In this document: positions 1-11,498 of the stretch, piece by piece
Layout: every line of letters starts with the position of its first letter
How positions within the stretch are numbered: position 1 is the stretch's first letter
Assembly (NCBI GenBank): GCA_030390025.1
Contig: CM059425.1
Coordinates: forward strand, 163,000,001-163,064,000
Direction: 5' to 3'
DNA length: 64,000 nucleotides
Source: Squalus acanthias
Lineage: Eukaryota
Notes under the pieces: model-generated
Told to the model about the DNA's origin: nothing
The model's database searches: none
The model's input: only the letters and a program-made list of their open reading frames with translations
Program-made: the position numbers and the translations under genes

Positions 1-303
1 TGTCTTCCCTCTCTGGATGGAAGCCCAGTGTGGGATGAAGCCCAGTGCCACTCAGATTGGATGCGTGTCTGTGGAGAAAGTTGCTGCCTGTTCAATGCGG
101 GCTGCGGTGGCAGGCAGCTGCCGCCTAGTCCAGATTATTGGCCACTGACCTTCACATATTCCGACTGAAAGGCCCGGGCGGGGTCGCCCCTGGACCGGGT
201 CCAGCGCTTATTACAGAACAAGCTGCTACTCGGGCAGCCGGGATACATTAACACTGCGCCAAAAGCGGAGCTGTCACTTGGAGCCATGGCAGTGGTTACT
301 CAC

Positions 304-777
304 CGCCGCCGCCGCTCCGGTCTGACTGCACGTCTCCTGCCCCTCGGCAGCCTTTACCATCTTCAAGCATTCGGATGCGCCCAGGGACGAGCTCTTTTGG
401 TGTGTCCCTGAGAACAAAACGCTGGCAAAAACAGCTTTCTCTCTGTGCGGGGTGACCTGTTTGGATCCTGAGGCCAGGGGGCTGGCCAGCTTCAGCCCAG
501 CTCGGGACTCCTTCTGCCCCCTCGATGCCGTGCTGTCACTCGGCCCCGAACAGCACAGGTTGGGCTGAGAGGTCGAGAAGACACGGTCCAGCGCCTGCCT
601 CCGCTTGCTTTTCAAATTCACTTTCCCCGCTGTTTCTTTCTTAGTTTCGCCCTTCTGGTCAGATGCGAATTTAGAGCCGAGAAACGGCCTGGTCCTTTGG
701 AAGTGTTTCCGGAGGCGAGTCTGGATGGAGTGGGATTCTTGCTTGTAGTAAGTGTCGGTGTCGGTGACCTCCTCCAT
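304..777 (-). CDS. MCTP1: MCTP1 (multiple C2 and transmembrane domain-containing protein 1), first coding exon; the gene continues off the left edge
   Basis: Translation contains KRRQALDRVFSTSQPNLCCS and HQKSSSL, matching the recalled MCTP1 N-terminal motifs (KRKQVLDRVFSSSQPNLCCS, HQKSSSL). Strong donor GCG|GTGAGT at 303-298 gives 474 nt, phase 0. CpG-rich context. Head-to-head with FAM81B. Confidence 0.9.
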
Positions 778-1183
778 TCTGCTGCAGTCTGCTCCGATCC
801 TGGGGAGGGACTGGATAGCTCCACAGAGCCGCCTCGCTAGGACTGATCGGGAACAACCTATGGTGAAAAGTTACGGATCTCCTTTGCTTTCCAGGAACTG
901 TGGCAGTCTTTATCGGAATGCAACAGCTCTCGTTGCAGCGGAAGTCTACACGGATCTCATCCAACAACAATAATCGAATGAGAACTGCTTCAATCGAAAC
1001 CGCTCTTGCTAAAGCTGCATCCCCCGACAGCAGCAGTTATACATGGGACAAAGCTCCCGGGCTTGAGGAGAATTAGAAACAAATGGTCACGAGCAGGATA
1101 AAATGCTTAGATTTTGAAAGTCATTCTAAAGCAAACCACCCGACAGTGCTGGATACAGTTGATCCAAACGCCAAACTCGCCTC

Positions 1184-1284
1184 CTTTTATAGCGCAAGGA
1201 GCAACTTGGGAAGGAGCTGAACCTCCAACCAACCTGGAGCCTCGTTGACGGCTCAAGCCAGCACGTGTCGAAAAGGGGGCGGAA
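1184..1284 (-). promoter_or_regulatory. Putative MCTP1 core promoter (TATA box and GC box)
   Basis: Minus-strand TATAAAAG at 1191-1184, about 410 nt upstream of the ATG. GGGGGCGG at about 1275-1282. CpG-rich 1-1300. Confidence 0.55.
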
Positions 1285-1662
1285 CTCAAAAAAATAATTG
1301 CTAAACCTGACAGATTCCATTTGAATGAAAACTAATGGCCCTCAATTCACGGTCTGTATGACGGTGTACTCTCATAGTACCCTGTTGCCATATCACTTTT
1401 GAAATTGACCGCAAGTTCAGGATGTCCGCATGCGCTTGCACACGCGTTAAATCCCGAACTTGCGATCTGTCAAGTTCCAACTCCACTTTGGCTTCGCTGC
1501 ATGTTTCACCCCCTCATTCAAATCAACGTGTTGCTGAAAAGTTGGGCTAATTGCCCACCCACTGCGCATTAATTACCCTGAAAATTTTTATGTCTGGTGC
1601 AAACAGGCGCAGGAAGCCTGTTGCACAGCGTAAGGGGAGGGGGCTGAGAAAATTATATATGT

Positions 1663-1828
1663 TGAACCAAAAACAGAAAATGCTGGAAACACTCAGCAGG
1701 CCAGGCAGCATCCGTGGACGAGTTCTGACGAAGGATCACAGACCTGAAACGTTAACTCTGTTTCTCTCTCCACGGATGCTGCCTGGCCTGCTGAGTGTTT
1801 CCAGCATTTTCTGTTTTTGGTTCAGATT
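1663..1828. mobile_element. Penelope-like element terminal remnant forming a perfect 56-bp inverted repeat
   Basis: 1663-1718 is the exact reverse complement of 1769-1824. Same family as the terminus at 20699-20830, which is linked to GIY-YIG-type coding sequence. The remnant resumes at 5951-5976 after the CR1. Confidence 0.8.
1720..1758 (+). ncRNA. Minimal type I hammerhead ribozyme motif
   Basis: GAGTT-CTGACGA-AGGATCACAGACCT-GAAAC-GTT-AACTC: stem I GAGTT/AACTC, core CUGANGA and GAAA, stem II AGG(A)TC/GACCT, palindromic ACGT in place of stem III. Confidence 0.65.
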
Positions 1829-1905
1829 GCAGATAAGGTGTGATATTCATCAGGCGGGGCAGAGGGTATTTAAAAAATATTAATAAATTTAATTAATTAC
1901 ATAGA

Positions 1906-2862
1906 ATGGGAGAGCAGGTGATGTGTTACTGCTGCAATATGTGGGAGCTGGTGGACACCATTGATGCTCACGGTGATCACATTTGCAGTAAGTGTTGGCT
2001 GCTCGAGGAACTCCGGCTCCGTGTTGATGAGCCGGAGTCCGAGCTTCAAACACTGCGACACATCAGGGAGGGGGAGAGTTACCTGGACTCTGTGTTCCAG
2101 GAAGTAGTCACACCAATTAGATTAACTAATTCAGATGTAGTCCATGGTCAGGGACAGGAGGGTGTGACTATGAGTGAGGCAGGTACGGGGATCCAGGAGG
2201 TAGTGTTGGAGGAGCTGCAGCCCTTGCTCTTGTCCAACAGGTTCGAGGCTCTTACTCCCTGTGAGGACAGGAGCAGGGATTGCAGGGAGGATGAGCAACC
2301 TGGCCACAGCACCGTGGAATGGGGGGCCATTCAAGTGGGGGGAGTAAAAAGAAATGTTGTCATGGTAGGGGATAGTATCATAAGGGGGATAGATAGGGTT
2401 CTTTGCAGCCGAGAGCGAGAGTCCCGAAGGTTGTGTTGCCTGCCCTGTGCCAGGGTTAAGGACATCTCCTCTGGGCTGGAGAGAAACTTGGAGTGGGAGG
2501 GGGAGGATCCAGTTGTCGTGGTCCATGTTGGTACCAATGACATAGATAGGACAAGGAAAGAGGTTCTGCTGAGGGAGTATGAGCAGCTAGGGGCCAAATT
2601 AAAAAGCAGAACCACAAGGGTAATAATCTCTGGATTACTACCTGAGCCACGAGCAAATTTGGCTGGGGTAAATAAAATCAGAGAGTTAAATGCGTGGCTC
2701 AAAGACTGGTGTGGGAGAAATGGGTTTTGCTTCTTGGGACACTGGCACCACTACTGGGACGGGAGAGAGCTGTTCCGTTGGGACGGACTTCACTTGGCCA
2801 GTGCTGGGACTAGAATCCTGGTGAATCGAATAACTAGGGCTGTAGAGAGGGCTTTAAACTAA
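1906..2862 (+). CDS. CR1 ORF1p (CxxC zinc finger, coiled coil, SGNH esterase-like domain)
   Basis: Open 318 aa; CYCC..CSKC, VGDSI, HVGTND, DGLH motifs. Confidence 0.88.
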   Translation: MGEQVMCYCCNMWELVDTIDAHGDHICSKCWLLEELRLRVDEPESELQTLRHIREGESYLDSVFQEVVTPIRLTNSDVVHGQGQEGVTMSEAGTGIQEVVLEELQPLLLSNRFEALTPCEDRSRDCREDEQPGHSTVEWGAIQVGGVKRNVVMVGDSIIRGIDRVLCSRERESRRLCCLPCARVKDISSGLERNLEWEGEDPVVVVHVGTNDIDRTRKEVLLREYEQLGAKLKSRTTRVIISGLLPEPRANLAGVNKIRELNAWLKDWCGRNGFCFLGHWHHYWDGRELFRWDGLHLASAGTRILVNRITRAVERALN

Positions 2863-3039
2863 TTAGTGGGGGGGAGGTTTCAAGAGAGCGAAGAATAAAA
2901 ATGTCAGCGGAGAAGGCAATAGAGCAAATTAGCAGTGAGGAAATTAAAAACCAGAGCGTGTCAGGAAGGGACAGAATATATAAAGATAAAGGTAAAGTAG
3001 TAAAGGGGTAAAAGAAGGAATAAATTGTCACAAAACATG

Positions 3040-5854
3040 TTTAAAAGTTCTTTATCTGAATGCACGCAGCATTCGTAACAAAATAGACGAGTTGACGGTA
3101 CAAATAACTACACATGGGTATGATCTGGTGGCCATTACAGAAACATGGCTGCGAGGTGACCATGACTGGGAACTAAACATCCAGGGGTATTTGACTATTG
3201 GGAAGGACAGACAGGAAGGAAAGGGAGGTGGGGTGGCTATGTTAATAAAGGGTGGAATCACTGCAATAGTGAGAAATGATATTGGGTCAAAGGATCAGGA
3301 TAGTGAAACAGTTTGGGTGGAGATAAGGAATAATAAGGGGAAAAAGTCACTAGTGGGTGTAGTCTATAGGCCTCCTAACAGTTGTAACTCTATTGGTCGG
3401 AGTATAAATCAGGAAATAGTTGGGGCTTGTAATTAGGGAACAGCTAAAATCATGGGAGATTTTAACTTTCATATTGACTGGACAAATCAAATTGGGCAGG
3501 GCAGCCTTGAGGAAGAGTTCATAGAGTGCATTAGGGATGGGTTCCTTGAGCAGTATGTTACTGAACCAACCAGGGGGCAGGCAATCTTAGATCTGGTCCT
3601 GTGTAATGAGACAGGATTAATAAAAAATGTCTAGTAAAGGATCCCCTTGGAATGAGTGACCATAACATGGTTGAATTCCAAATTCAGTTGGAGGGTAAGA
3701 GAGTTGGATCTCAAACCAGCGTACTAAGCTTAAATAAAGGAGACTATGAAGGTATGAGAGCAGAGTTGACTAAAGTGGACTGGGAAAATAGATTAAGGTG
3801 TAAGACGGTACAGGAGCAGTGGTGTACATTCAAGGAGGTATTTCACAACTTTCAAGAAAAATATATTCCACTGAGGAAAAAGGGGCGTAAAAGAAAAGAC
3901 AGCCATCCGTGGCTAAGTAAAGTAATAAAGGATAGTATCCAACTGAAAACAAGGGCTTATAAAGTAGCCAAATCTAGTGGGAGGATAGAAGATTGGGAAG
4001 CATTTAAAAGCCAGCAAAGAATAACTAAAAGATTAATTAAGAAGGGGAAGATAGATTATGAAAGTAAACTAGCAAAAAATATAAAAACATATAGCAAGAG
4101 TTTCTACAGTTATATAAAAAGAAAAAGGGTGGCTAAAGTGAATGTTGGTCCCTTAGAGGACGAGACCGGGAAATTAGTAGTGGGGAACACGGAGATGGCA
4201 AATACGCTGAACAAATATTTTGTATCAGTCTTTACAATAGAGGATACTAAAAATATCCCAACACTGGACAAACGGGGGGCTATAGAGGGGGGGAGGAGCT
4301 AAACACGATTAAAATCATTAAGGAGATGGTAATCGGTAAGATAATGGGACTTAAGGCGGATAAATCCCCTGGACCTGATGGCTTACATCCTAGGGTCTTG
4401 AGAGAAGCAGTGGTAGGGATTGCGGATGCATTGGTGGTAATTTTCCAAAACTCCCTGGATTCGGGAAAGGTCCCAGCAGATTGGAAAACTGCTAATGTAA
4501 CGCCCTTATTTAAAAAGGGAGGTAGACAAAAGGCTGGAAACTATAGACCAGTTAGCCTAACATCTGTGGTTGGTAAAATGTTGGAGTCCATTATTAAGGA
4601 AGCAGTAACAAGACATTTGGATAAGCATAATTTAATCGGACAGAGTCAGCATGGTGTTATGAAGGGGAAATCATGCTTGACAAATTTGCTCGAATTCTTT
4701 GAGGACGTAACAAACAGGGTGGATAAAGGAGAACCAGTGGATGTGGTGTATTTGGACTTCCAAAAGGCATTTGATAAGGTGCCACACAAAAGATTACTGC
4801 ACAAGATAAAAAAAATCACGGGATTGTGGGTAATATACTGGCATGGGTGGAAGATTGGCTATCTAACAGAAAACAGAGAGTTGGGATAAATGGTTCATTC
4901 TCGGGTTGGCAATCAGTAACTAGTGGTGTTCCGCAAGGGTCAGTGCTGGGACCCCAACTCTTTATAATCTATATTAACGATTTGGAGGAGGGGACCAAGT
5001 GCAACGTATCCAAGTTTGCTGACGATACAAAGATGGGAGGAAAAGCAGTGAGTGAGGAGGACATAAAAAACCTGCAAAAGGACATAGATAGGCTAAGTGA
5101 GTGGGCGGAAATTTGGCAGATGGAATATAATGTTGGAAAGTGTGAGGTTATGCACTTTGGCAGAAAAAATCAAAGAGCAAGTTATTATCTAAATGGAAAG
5201 AAACTGCAAAGTGCTACAGTACAAAGGGATCTGGGGGTCCTGGTGCATGAAACACAGAAGGTTAGTATGCAGGTACAGCAGGTGATCAGGAAGGCCAATG
5301 GAATCTTGGCTTTTATTGCAAGGGGGATGGAGTATAAAAGCAGGGAAGTCTTGCTTCAGTTATACAAGGTACTGGTGAGGCCACACCTGGAATACTGCAT
5401 ACAGTTTTGGTTTCCATATTTAAGAAAAGATATATTTGCTCTCGAGGCAGTTCAGAGAAGGTTCACTCGGTTGATTCCGGAGATGAGGGGGTTGACTTAT
5501 GAGGAAAGGTTGAGTAGGTTGGGCCTCTACTCATTGGAATTCAGAAGAATGAGAGGCGATCTTATCGAAACATATAAGATTGTGAGGGGGCTTGATCGGG
5601 TGGAGGCGGGGAGGATGTTTCCACTGATGGGTGAGACTAGAACTAGGGGGCATAATCTTAGAATAAGGGGCTGCCGTTTCAAAACTGAGATGAGGAGAAA
5701 CTTCTTCACTCAGAGGGTAGTAAATCTATGGAATTTGCTACCTCAGAGAGCTGTGGAAGCTGCGACATTAAATAAATTTAAAACGGAGATAGACAGTTTC
5801 CTAGCTGATAAGGGAATTAAGGGTTATGGGGAGCGGGCAGGGAAGTGGACGTGA
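3040..5854 (+). pseudogene. Disrupted CR1 ORF2 (endonuclease-reverse transcriptase)
   Basis: Fragments with [48 protein letters not shown]; broken by stops and frameshifts near 3436, 3634, 4290 and 4810. Confidence 0.92.
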
Positions 5855-6490
5855 GTCTAGGTTTGGATCAGCCATGATCCTATTGAATGGCGGAGCAGGC
5901 CCGAGGGGCCATGTGGCCAACTCCTGCTCCTACTTCTTATGTTCTTATGTTCCAGCCTCCACAGTATTTTGCTATTGTACAGATATTAATGTTGAGCTAG
6001 GTTTATGCTACAGCCCATAACAATGAGGCACTGGTTCGTGTCTGCGCGGATACAAACTTTGAAAGAAACTTTCATTTATTCGCGTTTGAAAACAGGGCCT
6101 TTTGTGTCTTTGCTGCCCAAAAGCCTTTTGTAGTTTCGGTTTAATTATTTCTCAACTTCTACTTAGATAGGATTTAATTCACTTTCATGATTTTGTCATA
6201 TTATCAGACATTTAAACTCTTGATTTTAGATTATTTAAATTAATCAAAAGTTAGTTATTCTAATAGAGGAGATATGAATTTGATGGGACTATAAGACTGT
6301 AATTATAGGTTTATGTTGTCATGGCCCAGAATTAAAGGGCCGAAGTTAATTCAGCTGCATGCTTTGTATAAAAAGCATCCTAATCGAGTTTTATGGTTTT
6401 AAGGACACCTTCAGTAAAAAGTATCTCAAGACTTTTCAGTGTTTGTTTGAATTCTATTAATGTTGAAATCTTGGTTTGTGTATTAAATAC

Positions 6491-6705
6491 TGTCATAAAT
6501 CGCAAGTAACAACTCAGGAAGTACTACTGGGTGGCCAGCTGGGGCGCCATCCAGGGAGTATAAATACTCAGGCATGGGCCCACCTTGGGCAGAGACAATC
6601 TGGAAACAGGAAGCTGGTGGCTGCTAACTAGACCTCCATGTTTTGTTACAAGTTGATTAAAGCCTTGCTTTATGTTCAAGTGTGTAGTGAGTCTTTATTA
6701 CGTCA
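6491..6705 (+). repeat. 5' LTR (215 bp)
   Basis: Direct repeat of 10810-11024 with 6 substitutions; TATAAATA at 6559-6566; ATTAAA at 6656-6661. Confidence 0.97.
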
Positions 6706-6805
6706 ATTTAATCAACTTGATATCGTCTCCACGCTTTGGGTGATTCGGAACAACCAGCTGCAACTCGAACCACAGAAGGGAACTAGGGCAAGAAACTGAT
6801 CCATC

Positions 6806-9800
6806 ATGGAAAAACTCCTTAGACCCGCTCGTCTCGACCTGGACCCGAATGCACCTGTGGCAGCGAAGGTATGGAAGCATTGGTTTCGTACCTTTAGCAA
6901 CTTTCTTGAAGAATGTGGGGCGGATGTCCCTAATAAGTTACGAATGCTTATCAACTACATGTCTCCTCATGTGTATGATTATATTGAGGACTGTATAGAC
7001 TATGACACTGCTATTGAAATCTTACAGCAGCTATATGTCAAGTCCCCAAATGAAATCTTTGCTCGACACCTACTGGCCACAACTCGGCAGCAGCCTGGGG
7101 AATCACTCGAATTTCTCCAGAAACTTCGCAGGCTCAGCAAGGATTGTAACCTTAAAGCAGTTACAGCTGAACAGTATCAAGAGGAACTAATCTGCGATTC
7201 CTTTATCAATGGGATCACGTCCCCTTTTATACGTCAGCGCCTGCTGGAAAATAAAACCCTCAATTTACGGGCTGCTTATGACCAGGCGTGTTCCTTGGAC
7301 TTGGCCAAGAAAAATGCAGACACTTATCTCCCACCACGTGCACGGGCGGCGGCTATCTCCTTTAATGAGTCTTTCGGTAGGTCTCGGGCGGATGCCCCCA
7401 CTGATGTCGACTCTACTCTAACAGACGACGACCCTACCCTAGAGGCCTTCGCTGATGATGACCCCACCCTAGCAGCATCCTGGCAATCAGGAAGAAAGTG
7501 TTTCTTTTGTGGAGGGGCGTGCCATCACAGAAAATTTTGCCCGGCTCGTAATGTGACCTGCAATCATTGCAGCAAGAAAGGACACTTTTCCAAGGTATGC
7601 CAGTCACGGGCCTTTGCTAACAAGAAAGGCCGCTCCTCTAAAGTATACCGGTCGAGAGCTCCTGTTAGCTTCACAGCTGCTATCTATGGAGCTGCTCCTC
7701 CCCCAGGAACCACTGTTAAGGCTACAGTTGCCGAAGGGAAAATTGCCCCTCCTCCCATCACGGCTGTTTTTCCCCAAAGTTTGTCCCATGCAGCCACGAA
7801 GGTTTCAGTAAATGGGCACACTCTAAGCGCGCTAATCGACTCCTGCAGCTCTGCATGCTTCATTAGTAAGCGGGCTGTCAACAGGTTAAAACTGCACACT
7901 TATCCCTCGGACAGGGAGATTGCAATGGCTCGGACGACTCTGACCACCAATTCTTCTGGCTTCTGTCTTGTCAACCTCATCCTCAACGGCAGCACGTATC
8001 TCTCCACCCGGCTCGGAGTACTCGAAAACTTATGTAGCGATGTGCTTCTGGGACAGGACTTCCAGAAGCAGCACAAGAAGATCACTTTTGAGTTTGGAGG
8101 GTCAAGGCCGGAGCTTACCATTTCTAAGGTGCCGTTTTGTGCACTCTCGGCGGCCTTACTCGGTGAACCCTCTCTGTTCGCCAATCTTCCCCCCCACTGT
8201 AAACCCATAGCCACCAAATCGCGGCGCTTTAGCCAAGACGATCGAGCGTTTATTGAGGCGGAAATCTCTCGCCTTTTAGTCGACGGTATTATCGAGCCAT
8301 GTTCATCTCCCTGACGGGCTCAGGTCGTCATCGTGAGGAATCCCTTAAAACAACATAAAAAACGTCTGTGTATCGATTATTCGCAGACTATTAATCAATA
8401 TACCGATCTGGATGCCTACCCGCTGCCACGCATAGATGACATGGTCAACAACCTTGCCAAATACAAGGTATTCTCGACCTTCGATTTAAAAAGCGCGTAC
8501 CATCAGGTGCCACTGCAAGACTCCGACAAGAAGTATACGGCCTTTGAGGCCAATGGTCGGCTTTTCCAGTTTCGCCGCCTTCCATTCGGGGTCACCAATG
8601 GGGTGGCCGTCTTCCAATGGGCCATGGATGGCCTAGTCCGGCAAGAGAACTTGACGGATACCTTTCCGTATTTAGACAATATCACTATTGCCGGCCATGA
8701 TCAAAAGGAGCATGACGCCAATCTTCAGAGATTTTTTGACGTACTCCGCCGTCGCCACTTAACGTTAAACGAATCCAAATCGGTGAAGTCGGTGCCATCG
8801 GTGAACATTCTTGGCTACTGGGTGGGCAACGGTGTTATTAAACCGGACCCAGAGCGACTTCGTCCACTTCAGGAGCTCCCTCCCCCGACGAACCTCGGCT
8901 CTCTTCGTCGGGCACTTGGCATGTTTGCTTATTACGCAAAATGGATACCACACTTCTCCGATAAAATACAGCCCCTGCTCCATGCGAAGTCTTTTCCATT
9001 GGAAGCTACGGCTATTTCTGCCTTCAACCTCCTCAAACGACAGCTGGAGAAAGCCACGCTTCGCTCCATTGACGAAAATCTTCCTTTTGTGGTCAAATGC
9101 GATGCATCGGAGGTGGCGATCTCCGCTACCTTGAATCAAGGTGGCCGACCCGTGGCATTCCTATCCAGAACTTTGCAGGGTAGCGAGCTCCATTACCCCC
9201 CCGTCGAGAAGGAGGCTACGGCCATCATCGAGGCTGTACGCCAATGGGGTCATTTTCTTGCTCGGCGTCATTTTACGCTTATAACTGACCAGCGCTCTGT
9301 GGCCTTCATGTTGGATAACCGGAGGCGCACGAAAATCAAAAATAATAAAATTCAACTCTGGAGGATGGAGCTGGCTGCCTTTGGATATACTATCTGTTAC
9401 CGACCCGGCAAACAGAACGTGGCCCCAGATACCTTCACACGGGCATTTTGCTCCTCAATGTCAACGTCGACTCTGGCGGATTTGCATATGGACTTATGCC
9501 ATCCTGGTGTGACCCGCATGTTGCACTTTGTGCGCTCCAAAAATCTACCATTTTCAACCGAGGACGTAAAGAAAACATGCTCCTCCTGTAGGATTTGTGC
9601 AGAATTGAAACCACAATTCTTTCGCCCATCAGATGGCTTACTCATACATGCAATGCAGCCTATGCAGAGGCTCAGCATAGACTTTAAAGGGCCATTGCCT
9701 TCGTCGACAAGGAACACCTACCTACTTACGATGGTGGACGAGTATTCACGCTTTCCCTTCGCCTTCCCCTGCCCTAATATGCTTACCTCTACGGTAATTA

Positions 9801-10828
9801 AATGCCTCGATCAGGTCTTTTCCCTTTGCGGGACGGCCAATTTTATCCACACTGATCGGGGTCCCTCCTTTATGTCGAGTGAACTTAAAAGTTATCTCTC
9901 CCAACGGGGAATCGCCTCAAGTAGGACGACACCATATCACCCAATCGGTAACGGACAGGTTGAACGATACAATGCCATCATCTGGAACGCTGTCCGTCTG
10001 GCACTAAGGTCACGCAACCTGCCGGACCAGCAGTGGGAAACGGTGCTCCCCGACGCGTTACACTCTATCAGGTCTCTTCTCTCCACATCTACTAATGTCA
10101 CGCCTCATGAGCGATTCTTCAAATTCCGGCGTCGCTCTACACATGGGACGTCTCTACCGTCATGGTTGGTGGCTCCAGGCCCGGTGCTACTCCGGAGGTT
10201 CGTCCGGTCTGCCAAAAACGACCCTCTCGTTGACGAGGTGGAGTTAACGGAGGTAAACCCCACGTATGCGCACGTACGGTACCCTGATGGCCGGGAGACC
10301 ACCGTCTCGCTCCGAGATCTGGCTCCCTGCCCAACCGGTCACACGGGCCCGAATGATGAAGGATCCCCCGACAATGATATCAACACTCCGCACCCCTATG
10401 AAAATGACGCCCCGCCTGGGACATCGGGGGATCTGCCGGCAACGCTACCGGATCAACTCAGGGAGCTGGACGCTCCCCGTAGGATGGCCACCCGAAACCA
10501 GGACGCCGGACAATCTCCAGCCACAACCCGGGATGAGGCCAGCTCAGCACCTGTGGGGACCCGCACCCGGAGTCATGATATTCCCAGTCCTCCACAGGAT
10601 GATCAAGATGACGCGGACTCTACTGACTTACCGGTACGGGCCAAGCGACCCAGGGACCAGGACACGGTCCGGGGAGACGTGCCTTCCAGTCACAAGCAGA
10701 GAGCTAAACGTCTACGGCTATTTCTGGTCCGCCTAGTCCGTCTAACCCGCACATTTTTGGACTGTGGGAAAAGGAAGACTGGACTTCCAAACCTTTTAGG
10801 GAGGAAGAATGTCATAAATCGCAAGTAA
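6806..10828 (+). pseudogene. Gypsy gag-pol polyprotein, one frame with a single nonsense codon (TGA 8312-8314)
   Basis: Zinc knuckles CFFC..H..C and CNHCSKKGHFSKVC, protease LIDSCS, RT (FDLKSAYHQ, PFG, YLDN), RNase H (CDAS, EKEA, TDQ), integrase HHCC and DDE. ORFs 6806-8314 and 8333-10828 are in the same frame; SSP*RAQV is likely SSPWRAQV. Confidence 0.93.
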
Positions 10829-11024
10829 CAACTTAGGAAGTACTACTGGGCGGCCAGCTGGGGCGCCGTCCAGGGAGTATAAATACTCAGGCATGGGCCC
10901 ACCTTGGGCAGAGACAATCTGGAAACAGGAAGCTAGTGACTGCTAACTAGACCTCCATGTTTTGTTACAAGTTGATTAAAGCCTTGCTTTATGTTCAAGT
11001 GCGTAGTGAGTCTTTATTACGTCA
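10810..11024 (+). repeat. 3' LTR (215 bp)
   Basis: Direct repeat of 6491-6705; the pol stop codon lies within it. Confidence 0.97.
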
Positions 11025-11498
11025 AATACTATTGCAATGATCGTAATTTATTAACAAAATAGCATTTCTGGCTGCTAAATTATTTTAAATGAGTTGTGGA
11101 CAAATCAGCAATCTCATCTGTTTTCTGATTGGCTAAGAATCAGGAAGTAAAAGGAGCACCACCTCATGTGATCCCAGGTTTGCAAACGCACAATGGTGCG
11201 TCGCTGGGATCCGTGGGGCACTACGCTGCACACAACTCTGCAGCGTTTGAAAGCAACTTCCGGAAGAGGGGTTCGGACAAGGTAAGGTATGGATTTCATT
11301 CGGATGTAGGTGGCGTACTCCTTAGCTATGCCGCTGACCACGAATTCAGGGCCATTATATTTGATTAAAACATCCACAGTAAATGTATCCCCCGCTGAGT
11401 GTGTACAGTAGAAAGAACACTCGGACTGTGGGAAGCTACAATCTCTGAATAATTCTGCACAGAAGGAACTGGCATGTTATCACACGTTGGATATCATA

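Larger units (their letters stand above)
1829..5950 (+). mobile_element. Near full-length CR1 LINE
   Basis: ORF1, then ORF2 (APE endonuclease plus RT), then 3' UTR ending in (TTCTTATG)n. Interrupts the Penelope-like remnant. Confidence 0.95.
6491..11024 (+). mobile_element. Complete Ty3/Gypsy LTR retrotransposon
   Basis: TG...CA LTRs at 6491-6705 and 10810-11024; 5-bp TSD AATAC (6486-6490 and 11025-11029); polypurine tract AGGGAGGAAGAA before the 3' LTR; domain order gag-PR-RT-RH-IN. Confidence 0.97.
1333..11357. mobile_element. Probable non-autonomous TIR element (about 1.1 kb of its own sequence) expanded by nested Penelope, CR1 and Gypsy insertions
   Basis: TAATGGCCCTCAATTCACGGTC at 1333 vs reverse complement of the right end TAATGGCCCTGAATTCGTGGTC (ends 11357), 19/22 identical. 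The left portion resembles 53200-53270. Confidence 0.45.

Noticed and set aside
274..303. ORF-track extension VSNHCHGSK* of the MCTP1 ORF
   Set aside because: Read-through past the GTGAGT donor at 303; most likely intron.
671..973. Overlapping ORFs 671-970 (-) and 752-973 (+)
   Set aside because: Non-ATG starts, no recognisable motifs; they overlap the MCTP1 5' UTR and exon.
8312..8314. Programmed gag-pol stop read-through
   Set aside because: The stop is inside early RT at a usually conserved Trp, not at the gag-pol boundary; a TGG to TGA mutation is simpler.
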